DNA of 38,510 nucleotides from an uncultured Thermococci archaeon (GCA_964487115.1 CAZAPD010000001.1:1-38510); one strand, 5' to 3'. Positions 1 to 12,445 are shown, numbered from the stretch's first letter. Notes: generated from the letters alone by a model not told the origin. Numbers and translations: made by a program.

Positions 1-749
<749 letters not shown>

Positions 750-757
<8 letters not shown>

Positions 758-2000
758 TTGGAACAACCTCCATCGTAATTTTGTCCCCGGCTTTAGCTAT
801 ATCCTTCTTTCTCAGCTTTATCCTTATCATCTCAGACGGCTTGACAAAAGGTAACTTCATCTCCTTTCCGATCTCAGGGAAGCGTAGCCTGACATTCTCT
901 TCAGGTTTTGCAACCCTCGCATATATCATCACATCCTTCGCCTCTGAGACGTAATGGGGAACAACAAGCCTGATGTTTCTACCCTTAACGAGCTTTTTCC
1001 ACTTCATCGCAGGCAGACCTTCATTTTTGACAAATTCATACGCTCCCACTGCCGCCTCTTCTCCCTGTTCGACGACATAATCAACGAGATCATTAATGAC
1101 GAGTGCATTTCCAGCGACGAAGATTCCCGGAACGGTAGTTTCAAGGTAGCTGTTTACAACCGGCCCCTTCGTTGCAGGATCAATAATGACACCGGCTTTT
1201 TCTATAACCTTCAGATACGGCACGAGACCCACTGCCAGAACAACTGTGTCACATTCGAGCTCCTCTTCCGTTCCCGGTATAGGTTTGAGATTCTCATCAA
1301 CCTTTGTGATGATAACCTTTTCAACTCTCTTTCTCCCTTCTATCCTTGTAACAGCATGGCTCAGGTACAGAGGTATTCCGAAGTCCTCCAAACATTGAAC
1401 AACATTTCTGGTCAATCCCCCCGGATAGGGCATCAGCTCTATAACAGCCTTAACATGGGCGCCTTCCAGAGTGAACCTGCGTGCCATTATCAGACCCACA
1501 TCTCCAGAACCTACTATGACTATCTCCTTTCCGGGCATTATTCCATAGATATCCATCATCGTCTGGGCCTCTCCAGCAGTATATATTCCTGCAACCCTGT
1601 GACCTGTTATCCCTATCTCAAACATATGCCTCTCCCTTGCGCCTGTGGCATATATAACAGCTTTTGCTTTGATATTTGGAATTCCCTTCTCTGTCACAAC
1701 CTTCAGAATCCTGTGTCTGTAGGAGTAGGGGAGAATCTCAAGAACATGGGCATTTGTGTAATGGTCAATGTTCATCTCCTCAAACTTTTTAATTAGGCGA
1801 TAAATGAACTCGGTTCCAGTGAGGTCTTCCCGGAAGTAGTGAAGTCCGAATCCGGGATGAACGCACTGTATTGGTATCCCTCCAATAAACTCCCTGTTTT
1901 CTATGAGGAGAACTTTAAGACCAAGTTCCTTTGACTTTATAGCCGCAGCAAGCCCTGCCGGGCCGCCACCGATGACGACGACATCATATTCATTCTGCAT
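750..2000 (-). CDS. FAD/NAD(P)-dependent oxidoreductase (NADH oxidase-like subunit of G3P dehydrogenase)
   Basis: GGGPAG Rossmann motif, QCVHPGFG, ATGARER, GSGDVGLIMARR, GIFVAGN; coupled to the glpA-like gene. Confidence 0.88.
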
Positions 2001-3486
2001 TCTCCTTCACCTCCCTCAGGAGGATCTTAACATCACCGATACCGTATTCCGTACCCTCTCCCTTCAGCGTAACCTTCCAGAGAGGGATTCCTGTCTCCCG
2101 GGCAATTATGTTTGCTATCCTTATTCTGCAGTATGAGCCCTGACAGGTTCCCGACATGACGCCGCTTCTCATCTTCACACCATCAAGTGTTATAGTTTCC
2201 ACTCCCATTCTCTTCATGCGATTTATTATATCCACGATGTCTCCCTCTGTTATCGTACGGCACATGCATACAACCCTTCCATAAGCCGGGTTCTGTTTTA
2301 TCAGCTCGTTCTGTTTCTGGGGAGGAAGTGTCTTAAACCAAAAAGCTTTCCTATAGGGATTCCAGTGAGATTTTTTAGTTAATTTTATACCCAGTTTTCC
2401 TTGAATGAGCTCTTCAGCTATATACTGAGCTATTGCTGGTGCAGAAGTTAGCCCCGGTGACCTTATGCCTGCGGCATTTATGAAACCCCATGGGTCATCG
2501 TAAGCATCAATAATCCATCTTCCACCGGGTGGTTCCGGCCTCAGGCCAGCAAATGTCCTTATAACCCTATTTCTGGGTGGGAGTTCCTGTATAAGCTTCT
2601 GTGCCCACTCCCAGACGAATTCAAGTCCTTCCTTGCTGGTTGAAGTATCTTCCTTTGCATCCTCAGGAAGATCTTGTGCAGTTGGGCCTATCATGAGGCC
2701 ATCGTTCATCTCGGTGATGACATAGACGCCCTTGGTAATGGGAGTCGGCGTCTGGTGGACTATTCTCGTTACCTTCGGCTCTGCATCATCATCAAAAACA
2801 AAATACTCACCTTTTCTGGGATGTATTGTGAAGTAATCTATACCCGCCATCTTTGAAATTTTATCAGCATAAAGGCCAGCGGCGTTTATAACAATATCCG
2901 CCTCAATAAATCCTCTGTTCGTTTCAACGCCTTTAACTTCTCCCTTCTCCACCTTTATCCCTATAACTTCCGTTTCCGGATGGAATCTGACGCCGTTTTC
3001 AACAGCATTCTCAACGAGAGCTGGAGCTGCCATTGGAGATGACATTAAGCCTGCTGTAGGTGCCCAGAGCGCTCCGGCAGCATTTGGATTAACATTGGGC
3101 TCAAGCTTCAGAAGTTCATCGTGGTCGACCAACCTTACTCCCGGAACACCATTTCTCCGAGCAAGCTCAAGGTAGTGCTCTGCAACCTTCATGTCCTCCT
3201 CTTCTACAGCTACCATGAGCTCTCCCGGCCATTTGGCAGGTATCCCGAGTTCTTTAGTCCACTGATACCAGATTCTGTTTCCCCTAACGCAGAGTTTTGC
3301 TCTGAGTGGATACTTATCAGGATCATCCTCATGACCCGGGTGAATTATTGCCGTATTTGCCTTGCTGACACCCATTCCTGCGTCTGCATTTTTTTCAAGG
3401 AGGTGTATCTCCAGTTCTTCATACTGACTTAAAACCCTGGCTATCGAAGAGCCCACAACTCCTGCTCCAACTATAACAACTTTCAT
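1990..3486 (-). CDS. glpA: FAD-dependent glycerol-3-phosphate dehydrogenase large subunit with C-terminal BFD-like [2Fe-2S] domain
   Basis: GAGVVG, SKANTAIIHPG, AGIRSPGLTSAP; C-terminal CMC...CQGSYC; directly downstream of glpK. Confidence 0.85.
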   Translation of the reverse strand: MKVVIVGAGVVGSSIARVLSQYEELEIHLLEKNADAGMGVSKANTAIIHPGHEDDPDKYPLRAKLCVRGNRIWYQWTKELGIPAKWPGELMVAVEEEDMKVAEHYLELARRNGVPGVRLVDHDELLKLEPNVNPNAAGALWAPTAGLMSSPMAAPALVENAVENGVRFHPETEVIGIKVEKGEVKGVETNRGFIEADIVINAAGLYADKISKMAGIDYFTIHPRKGEYFVFDDDAEPKVTRIVHQTPTPITKGVYVITEMNDGLMIGPTAQDLPEDAKEDTSTSKEGLEFVWEWAQKLIQELPPRNRVIRTFAGLRPEPPGGRWIIDAYDDPWGFINAAGIRSPGLTSAPAIAQYIAEELIQGKLGIKLTKKSHWNPYRKAFWFKTLPPQKQNELIKQNPAYGRVVCMCRTITEGDIVDIINRMKRMGVETITLDGVKMRSGVMSGTCQGSYCRIRIANIIARETGIPLWKVTLKGEGTEYGIGDVKILLREVKENAE

Positions 3487-3510
3487 GCTTTTTCCCCCAG
3501 ATGATGGTTA

Positions 3511-3532
3511 AGAAAAACCAAATAAAAAAGTT
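3511..3532 (-). terminator. Putative oligo-T terminator/attenuation tract after glpK
   Basis: Minus strand reads TTTTTTATTTGGTTTTTCTT just after the glpK stop. Confidence 0.4.
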
Positions 3533-3542
3533 GAGAACTAAA

Positions 3543-5883
<2,341 letters not shown>

Positions 5884-5915
5884 AAACCATTACACCTCCA
5901 CAGGTCTTTGTATAT

Positions 5916-6533
5916 TATTTTGTAACTTTAAAGATTATAAAGATTATTATTTATGACATTTTAATCTATGAATATTGATTTATAAAACTAAATGTAAAAG
6001 TAAGGGGTTATAACATTTTAAAGCGGCTTACATACGAGTATCGAACCAATAAAAGGATGTTAGGTTAGAATATAGAAATCACACGAAATATTTCAAAGAC
6101 ATATCATAATAGTAAAGTGTTATAACATGAAAATCAAGTCCAGAAACAACTAAAAAGTCCACCGAGAAAGATTCACTCGTCATTTACTATTATGTTTTTG
6201 AACTCCAAAAGCAATTCCACAAGCTCGTCCCAGCTTAGCTCACGTCCAAAATTCTGCTGGAACTTAAGTTTTTCCTGCTTCAGACGTAGATATGTTTCTT
6301 TCTTAAGAGGGATTGTTTTATACCTACTTTTTGGTTTATATACATATCTTTGCAAGGGCACCCGCCCCCTAACTTAATACCAAGAACATAACCCAGTTCT
6401 AATATCGATTTTAATATACTTAAAGTTTTTTGTATCCTAACGTATATCATGAAATAAATAACATTTGACGTAATATGCGTTACAACATAGAATAGTCTGA
6501 CATAACTTCATAACAAATTAAATTATTATAACA
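5916..6533. promoter_or_regulatory. Divergent glp/dha control region with repeated GTTATAAC-like sites
   Basis: GGTTATAACA 6006-6015, perfect palindrome TGTTATAACA 6118-6127, CGTTACAACA 6478-6487, TATTATAACA 6524-6533, plus weaker variants at about 5950, 6455 and 6507. Confidence 0.5.
6173..6361 (-). CDS. Small ribbon-helix-helix-type DNA-binding protein (VapB/CopG-like), candidate island regulator
   Basis: KTIPLKKETYLRLK...LSWDELVELLL beta-alpha-alpha pattern; GTG start with G-rich RBS; own BRE/TATA (AAAAAACTTTAAGTA, minus strand about 6416-6431). Confidence 0.6.
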   Translation of the reverse strand: MPLQRYVYKPKSRYKTIPLKKETYLRLKQEKLKFQQNFGRELSWDELVELLLEFKNIIVNDE

Positions 6534-6591
6534 CTATATTTATAAATATTTGATGCAAAATAAGAGTATAAATAACTCGGAGGCGAAAGCC

Positions 6592-7593
6592 ATGAAGAAA
6601 TTGATTAACAAACCCGAAGATGTTGTTAAAGAAATGTTGGAAGGAATGGCAGCAGCACACCCCGACCTTATAAAAGTGCATTTTGAACCAAACTTTATCT
6701 ACAGAACAGATGCGCCGGTTAAGGGAAAAGTAGCTTTGATTTCAGGCGGTGGATCTGGGCACGAACCTCTCCATGGAGGATATGTTGGAAAAGGCATGCT
6801 TGATGCAGCCTGCCCTGGAAACGTCTTTACATCCCCCACGCCAGACCAGATGTACGAAGCTGGAAAGGTCGTGGACAGCGGTGCTGGAATACTCTTTATC
6901 GTGAAGAACTATACAGGAGACGTTATGAACTTTGACATGGCTGCAGATCTTCTAAGAGCAGAGGGATACAACGTTGAATCTGTTGTCATAGCGGATGATG
7001 TTGCCGTCGAGCAGTCCCTCTACAGCGCAGGAAGAAGAGGCGTCGGAGGTACGGTCTTCGCAGAGAAGATTGGGGGTGCTGCTGCCGAAAAGGGATGGCC
7101 GCTGGAAGAGGTAAAGAGAGTTGTCCAGAAAGTGGCTGACAACGTTCGTTCTATCGGAATTGCCCTGACCCCATGTACCGTCCCGGCTGCAGGAAAGCCC
7201 ACATTCGAACTCGAAGAGGATGAGTTCGAGTTTGGAATTGGCATTCACGGAGAGCCCGGAAGAAAAAGGCTCAAAATGAAGCCAGCAGATGAGATAGTGC
7301 AAATGATGATGGATGCTATTCTCAAGGACATGCCACTGGAGAAGGGAGACGAAGTTGCGCTTTTGGTCAATGGAATGGGTGGAACTCCCCTCATGGAGTT
7401 ATACATTGTAAACAGAAAGGTTAGCCAGATTCTGGATGGCATCGGGGTCAAGAGATATAAAACATTAGTTGGGGACTATATAACCTCCCTTGAAATGCAG
7501 GGAGCTTCAGTAACAGTCTTAAAACTTGACGATGAGTTGAAAGAATTGTTAGATGCACCGGTGCATACCCCTGCCTTAAGATGGGGTATTTGA
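6592..7593 (+). CDS. dhaK: PTS-dependent dihydroxyacetone kinase, DHA-binding subunit
   Basis: MKKLIN start with [52 protein letters not shown]. Confidence 0.96.
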   Translation: MKKLINKPEDVVKEMLEGMAAAHPDLIKVHFEPNFIYRTDAPVKGKVALISGGGSGHEPLHGGYVGKGMLDAACPGNVFTSPTPDQMYEAGKVVDSGAGILFIVKNYTGDVMNFDMAADLLRAEGYNVESVVIADDVAVEQSLYSAGRRGVGGTVFAEKIGGAAAEKGWPLEEVKRVVQKVADNVRSIGIALTPCTVPAAGKPTFELEEDEFEFGIGIHGEPGRKRLKMKPADEIVQMMMDAILKDMPLEKGDEVALLVNGMGGTPLMELYIVNRKVSQILDGIGVKRYKTLVGDYITSLEMQGASVTVLKLDDELKELLDAPVHTPALRWGI

Positions 7594-7624
7594 TTTTTTA
7601 TTCTTTATTCTTTGGGTGGTTAAG

Positions 7625-8260
7625 ATGATGTACGATACAGAGTATTTCATAAGGTTTGTAAATATATTTGCAAAGTATCTCGCGGAGAATAAGGAGTACC
7701 TAACACAGCTGGATGCTGCTATCGGCGACGGAGATCATGGCATAAACATGGACAGGGGAGCCAAAGCCGCTCTGGATAGGCTGAGCTCAATCAATCCCAA
7801 AACTCCGGGCGAGGTAATGAGAACGGTAGGAATGGCACTGCTGTCAAGTGTCGGTGGAGCAGCAGGGCCACTATATGGTACAGTATTCATGAGGATGAGC
7901 ATAGCCTTCAGGAACAATGACAAAATTGACGATAAAGGTCTGGTTTCAGCCTTGGAACAGGCTTTACTCGGAATAAAAGGGCTGGGAAAGGCAGAAGTCG
8001 GAGATAAGACTATGGTCGACGTATGGGAACCAGTAGTCAATTTTCTGAAGGAAAACATTGAAAACGGCAGAACACTGCCAGAAATCTGTGCAGATGTTGT
8101 AGCGTTAGCAGAGGAACGTATGAAAGCAACAATTCCACTTCAGGCCAGAAAAGGTAGGGCATCATATCTTGGCGAGAGGAGCATCGGGCATCAGGATCCC
8201 GGAGCAACCAGCTCATATTACTTCTTCAAGAGTCTGTGTGAGGCTATTGGGGGGGAGTAA
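7625..8260 (+). CDS. dhaL: Dihydroxyacetone kinase ADP-binding subunit
   Basis: LTQLDAAIGDGDHGINM, GGAAGPLYG, GDKTMVD, GRASYLGERSIGHQDPGA. Confidence 0.96.
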   Translation: MMYDTEYFIRFVNIFAKYLAENKEYLTQLDAAIGDGDHGINMDRGAKAALDRLSSINPKTPGEVMRTVGMALLSSVGGAAGPLYGTVFMRMSIAFRNNDKIDDKGLVSALEQALLGIKGLGKAEVGDKTMVDVWEPVVNFLKENIENGRTLPEICADVVALAEERMKATIPLQARKGRASYLGERSIGHQDPGATSSYYFFKSLCEAIGGE

Positions 8261-8262
8261 TC

Positions 8263-8652
8263 TTGCTCTCGATTTTAATTCTTTCACACAGCCCAGAGAT
8301 TGCCAGGGGATTAAAAAATATGTGTCTCCAAATGGCCCCGGATGATGTCATTATTGAGGCGGTGGGGGGAACAAAAGAAGGCAATCTGGGTATTGATGCT
8401 GAACTTGTCCTGAATAAGTTGCAGGAGTTGATAACCAACAGTGATGGTGTAGTTATATTGGGAGACATAGGGAGTACAATTCTGGCAGCTAAAAATGCTT
8501 TGAATATGCTGAGTTCTCCAGTCAATGTGTGCATAGCCGATGCTCCCCTCGTCGAGGGTGCTGTCATAGCCTCCATTGAAGCATCGTTAGGTTCACCGTT
8601 GCAGGAGGTTGTAAAAAAAGCAGAGGAAACTAAGTTCGTTAGCAAACTCTGA
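8263..8652 (+). CDS. dhaM: Dihydroxyacetone kinase phosphotransfer subunit (EIIA-Man-like)
   Basis: ILSHS phospho-His (8287-8289), GGT...GID, GDIGST, DAPLVEGAV; TTG start. Confidence 0.92.
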   Translation: MLSILILSHSPEIARGLKNMCLQMAPDDVIIEAVGGTKEGNLGIDAELVLNKLQELITNSDGVVILGDIGSTILAAKNALNMLSSPVNVCIADAPLVEGAVIASIEASLGSPLQEVVKKAEETKFVSKL

Positions 8653-8662
8653 GGTGATTCCG

Positions 8663-8929
8663 GTGGGAAGGATCGTTAAAAGAGTGACTGTCACAAATCC
8701 CGAAGGATTACATGCACGACCAGCAGGGAAACTCGTCAAGCTGCTGTCAGGAGTAAAAAGCTCTGTTACAATAAAATACAAAGGCAAAGAGATTAACGCA
8801 AAAAGTGTTCTGAGTGTTATGGCCCTCGGTATAAATCCCGGAGAGGAAATAGAAATAATAATCGAAGGTGAAGATGCTGAATCAGCGTTGAAGATAGTTG
8901 AAGGTGTTGTATGTGCAGACAGAAATTAA
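8663..8929 (+). CDS. ptsH: Phosphocarrier protein HPr
   Basis: NPEGLHARPA (His15 equivalent, 8711-8713) and NAKSVLSVMALG (Ser46 equivalent, 8804-8806); RBS GAGGTGA before GTG 8663. Confidence 0.95.
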   Translation: MGRIVKRVTVTNPEGLHARPAGKLVKLLSGVKSSVTIKYKGKEINAKSVLSVMALGINPGEEIEIIIEGEDAESALKIVEGVVCADRN

Positions 8930-10475
8930 AATCCAGGTCAATGCCTCAAATATAGTATCCGAAGGTTATGCTTACGGTGCCCTCAAGTGCATTAAGAGGG
9001 CTGATTTCTCTTCTGATGAAAAACCTTTAATTGATCTGGAAGAATTAAAGAAAAGTGCAAAGGATCTTGAGGTAAGGATAAAGAGAGAATATGGGAGCTC
9101 TGATGTACTTGGCGAGATTGGTGAGGTCCATATAATGATCCTCAAAGATCCTCTCCTATGGGAGGAATTTGAGAAAAAAGCCCAAGATAAGGGAGGAAAA
9201 CTATCTGCCAAAGATGTTATGGATGTTAGAGATTATATAATATCCCTTCTGCTATCGAGCGGCAATCCCCTGATTCAGGAGAGACAGTACGATATCAAGG
9301 ATCTGTTTAACGCTCTTCTCTCAGGAGCTGTGCACTCAAAAATTAACCAAGGTGATGTTATTTACATCGATGAGCTCTATCCATCCGATGTCGTGGCATT
9401 TCACGATGCCGGTGTAGGGGCCATCTTGAGCAGAAAAGGCTCTCCTACAGCCCATGCATCCATTTTGACTCAGGCTCTTGAAATTCCATATATCTATGGT
9501 GTTCCGCCCTTAGATGAATACTGTGATATGAAAGTCTTCGTTGATGCCGTCCATGGGGAGATAAGGATAAACCCCGGAGACGTCAAGAAAATAATGACAA
9601 TTATTAAAGAATATGAAGCAGAGAAACAGACCCTGAAAAAATATTCCGCAATGCGATTTGATAATATTAAGGTCATGGCAAATATAGGCTTCCTTCAGGA
9701 GATAGATGTTGCAAGAAAAAAAGGAGCGGACGGAATCGGACTTTTTAGAACAGAATTCCTCTTCCTCAATAGAGCCCAACCTCCATCAGAAGATGAGCAG
9801 TTTCTGGTATATAAAAAAGTACTTGAAGCGTTTTTCCCGGACAAGGTTATCATCCGGCTGTTAGATGTCGGAGGGGATAAATTTGTTTCCTATCTCAGGC
9901 TTCCAGAGGAGGAGAATCCTTTCCTTGGAGTACGGGGCATCAGAGCTCTGATGGAAAATGAGGAGATATTGAGAACCCAGCTGAGGGCTTTAATACGAGC
10001 ATCGGAATATGGAAATCTGGGAATACTCATTCCCATGGTATCAAAGCCGAAAGAAGTTGCTTACGTTAAGAAACTCATTGGAAAGATCACAAAGACAGTT
10101 GAGTCCTATGGGGACTTTACCCTCGGTATAATGGTTGAGGTTCCATCAGTAGTCTTTTCAATTGAAAAATTTGTTGATCAAATAGATTTCGCAAGCATAG
10201 GTACAAATGATCTAACCCAGTATATATTCGCTGCCGACAGAATGAATCCAGATGTCTCGGAGTACTACAACGATGAAGATGATGCGGTGCTTACTGCTGT
10301 AAAACTCGTGGCTGAAAAAATGCTGGAGGCAGGAAAGCCCATTGGAATCTGTGGAGAACTTGCAGGAAAGAGGCACATGACCAAAAAGCTCGTGAGCTTT
10401 GGTATATCATCACTCTCCGTTGCACCAGCAAAAGTGCCCAGAATAAAAAAAGCAGTCTATGAAGCGATTAAATAA
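8913..10475 (+). CDS. ptsI: PEP-protein phosphotransferase (PTS Enzyme I)
   Basis: GSPTAHASIL phospho-His (9453-9455), GIGLFRTEFLF, EENPFLGVRGIR, MVEVPS, DFASIGTNDLTQY, GICGE; no ATP-grasp domain, so not PpsA/PPDK; start uncertain (8898-8913). Confidence 0.93.
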   Translation: MQTEIKIQVNASNIVSEGYAYGALKCIKRADFSSDEKPLIDLEELKKSAKDLEVRIKREYGSSDVLGEIGEVHIMILKDPLLWEEFEKKAQDKGGKLSAKDVMDVRDYIISLLLSSGNPLIQERQYDIKDLFNALLSGAVHSKINQGDVIYIDELYPSDVVAFHDAGVGAILSRKGSPTAHASILTQALEIPYIYGVPPLDEYCDMKVFVDAVHGEIRINPGDVKKIMTIIKEYEAEKQTLKKYSAMRFDNIKVMANIGFLQEIDVARKKGADGIGLFRTEFLFLNRAQPPSEDEQFLVYKKVLEAFFPDKVIIRLLDVGGDKFVSYLRLPEEENPFLGVRGIRALMENEEILRTQLRALIRASEYGNLGILIPMVSKPKEVAYVKKLIGKITKTVESYGDFTLGIMVEVPSVVFSIEKFVDQIDFASIGTNDLTQYIFAADRMNPDVSEYYNDEDDAVLTAVKLVAEKMLEAGKPIGICGELAGKRHMTKKLVSFGISSLSVAPAKVPRIKKAVYEAIK

Positions 10476-10487
10476 AAGAGAAAAGAA

Positions 10488-11615
10488 TCACTTCACAGGT
10501 TCAAATCTGTCGCTGAGCTTCTTAAGAACCCCTGGCAGGGTTGTGTATTCCATTTCTTCAAGTGGAAGTCTGTGGGGTTCAAATGGTCCATGCCTGCGCA
10601 TGTAGTCAGTAATTTCGAGTGCCTTCTGCCGAGCCCAATCAAAGGCAGGGTCATCAAAGAGGTCGACCGGGCCAATAAGTTTTCCTTCAGAGTTTATCTG
10701 CCAGCCGAGTGCAACAACCCTCGGAGGTCCATCGAATCTCGTTGGATTTGAGTATCTGAGGGGAACGGGCATTATTGGACCATTGTGAGAACCCCTCATC
10801 CAACCGCTGACCAGTTCAGGGAATGCAAATGGTTCGAGAACCTCGCCAAGAGCTGGAAGACCACTCTGGGCCCTAACAATTGCCACAGGGTCGTCCTTGC
10901 CAACGTACTCTCCGGCAATCTGGTAAAGTTTCTCCGTACTTACAACAGCAACTGGCTCGTTTTTGTCTATTTTGTGGCCTTCCTTTGGAAATACACGTTT
11001 GATGACATACCTCGATTTTGCACCTATAAGTGCCAACAGATCGTAGAGCTCCTCAGGTGTGTTTAAAATAACACGTTTATGCTCTTTGATGTCCCAGACC
11101 TCGAAGCGGAAGCCCATGTGCATGTTGGGATCTATTATAAGCCCTGCAGTGTTAAATGGATCTGCAAACATCCTGAATATCGGAAGGTTAAAAGCCCCCG
11201 GTTCGGTCTTATCCATGTGGAAAGTAACAATTGGCTCACTCTTTCTGAGTGTTATCTCTATCTCAGCTATGCCGGGCCCCATTCCTCTTATGTTCCCACT
11301 GAAAGCATCTTTAAGTAAATCCTGCCCAGCACCATAGAGACCAAGCTCTTTGGCAACCTCAGTCCCCTCTTTAAATGCATCCCACGCGAGGCCGTGGATT
11401 TCTTCACTGTCCACGCCCTTTTTGTGCGTCATGATAAGCTGGAGGTCGTCTCCACAATGAGTTACATAGAAATCTACAAGAATTCCATCTTCCCTTGCTC
11501 TACTGAGAACTTCTTTAGCCTTTTCAATAAGAGCAGGGTGGACACTTGAATGTCCGGGCCAGCCACCTATGTCTGCCTTAATTACGCTAACTGTTATTTT
11601 CTCCCCAACAGCCAT
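10488..11615 (-). CDS. fbp: Fructose-1,6-bisphosphate aldolase/phosphatase (class V FBPase)
   Basis: SVIKADIGGWPGH, CGDDLQL, GLYGAGQDLL, YVGKDDP, GWMRGSHNGP, GPFEPHRL. Confidence 0.97.
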   Translation of the reverse strand: MAVGEKITVSVIKADIGGWPGHSSVHPALIEKAKEVLSRAREDGILVDFYVTHCGDDLQLIMTHKKGVDSEEIHGLAWDAFKEGTEVAKELGLYGAGQDLLKDAFSGNIRGMGPGIAEIEITLRKSEPIVTFHMDKTEPGAFNLPIFRMFADPFNTAGLIIDPNMHMGFRFEVWDIKEHKRVILNTPEELYDLLALIGAKSRYVIKRVFPKEGHKIDKNEPVAVVSTEKLYQIAGEYVGKDDPVAIVRAQSGLPALGEVLEPFAFPELVSGWMRGSHNGPIMPVPLRYSNPTRFDGPPRVVALGWQINSEGKLIGPVDLFDDPAFDWARQKALEITDYMRRHGPFEPHRLPLEEMEYTTLPGVLKKLSDRFEPVK

Positions 11616-11674
11616 TGATATCACCCCACCATTTTTACTATTTTAGATTTATAAAATTTTATCATGCTAAAATA

Positions 11675-11691
11675 TATCACCCCTGATGATA
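11675..11691. promoter_or_regulatory. TGM (Tgr/TrmBL1 site) upstream of the fbp TATA box
   Basis: TATCAC-CCCTG-ATGATA vs consensus TATCAC-N5-GTGATA; TATA TTTATAAA at about 11648-11655; activating geometry. Confidence 0.85.
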
Positions 11692-11737
11692 TAGTTATGA
11701 ATAAAGAAAAAACTCATAATGCCCATGAAAAGTGGAA

Positions 11738-11971
11738 TCAGCAGATATCGGTCCATCCAAACTCTTCTTTTGCCACTTGAATAAGCTTCTTAAGTTCCTC
11801 TTTCTTTATATTCACACTGCTGCTGGCCCCCACAAGAGCGATTATCCCATGAACCTCCTCCTGAACCTGAATGACGTCATCACTCACCTTAACGACCCGG
11901 AGCTCCCTTCTGGCAGTTTCTCCCTCGCCTATGTAAAACTTGTCATGGCCTATCCTAATCGGCTCCTCCAC
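11738..11971 (-). CDS. Small hypothetical protein
   Basis: GTG 11971 with RBS GAGGTG and an upstream BRE/TATA; MEEPIRIGHDKFYIG...; no recognisable motif. Confidence 0.65.
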   Translation of the reverse strand: MEEPIRIGHDKFYIGEGETARRELRVVKVSDDVIQVQEEVHGIIALVGASSSVNIKKEELKKLIQVAKEEFGWTDIC

Positions 11972-12236
11972 AGCAACCACCTCGTAATATTTTTGTAAGT
12001 CAAAGTTAATAAAACTTCCGTCCGGCAGGCTATTTAGTTTCATCCATATTACCTAAGCAACACTCAACTTTTGAAGAAGATTTTTAGACATAACGCATCA
12101 CTCAAATAGAGTAATCAACATCCTCAAAATCTTAGAAACGTTCCAATGGCCTCACTGTTTCTTCTCAGGTAAAATTGATATAAACAAAGCCCAACATAAA
12201 ACTTATAAATGCAGTCTCGATTAGGTGTAAGTGGAT

Positions 12237-12376
12237 GGGGGCATGGTGTAGCCTGGTCCATCATCGCGGGCTCCAGAGGTGTGAAGAGTTGCGGGTTTGC
12301 TGATTGGGGATGAGCCTTTGGAGCTCTGACCCGGAGAAACCCGCGGACCGGGGTTCAAATCCCCGTGCCCCCACCA
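12237..12376 (+). tRNA. tRNA-Trp(CCA) with a 62-nt intron (12277-12338)
   Basis: Acceptor GGGGGCA/TGCCCCC, encoded CCA end, anticodon CCA 12273-12275, T-arm GGTTCAAATCC, bulge-helix-bulge CTCC/GGAG; TATA CTTATAAAT at about 12202. Confidence 0.97.
12277..12338 (+). ncRNA. Box C/D guide RNA inside the tRNA-Trp intron (guides Cm34 and Cm39)
   Basis: C GTGAAGA 12281, D' CTGA 12300, C' GGATGA, D CTGA 12326; the +5 rule places methylation on C12273 (position 34) and C12340 (position 39). Confidence 0.9.
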
Positions 12377-12445
12377 TTCTCATAAATTTCGTATATAGTA
12401 GAAAGGTTATTAAGGGACTTCTTCGATATATAATCCAAGGAGATT

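Noticed and set aside
954..1796. Long antisense or alternate-frame ORFs (954-1796, 24542-25102, 37500 upstream extension and similar)
   Set aside because: They overlap well-supported genes and have no RBS or recognisable motifs
6000..6535. SurR sites in the glp/dha promoter region
   Set aside because: The repeats are GTT-N2-AAC, not the SurR GTT-N3-AAC spacing
5884..6591. CRISPR array or leader in the AT-rich gap
   Set aside because: No regularly spaced ~30-bp direct repeats seen here or elsewhere in the window
8913..10475. PEP synthase or pyruvate phosphate dikinase instead of Enzyme I
   Set aside because: No nucleotide-binding ATP-grasp domain; EI-type motifs; coupled to HPr
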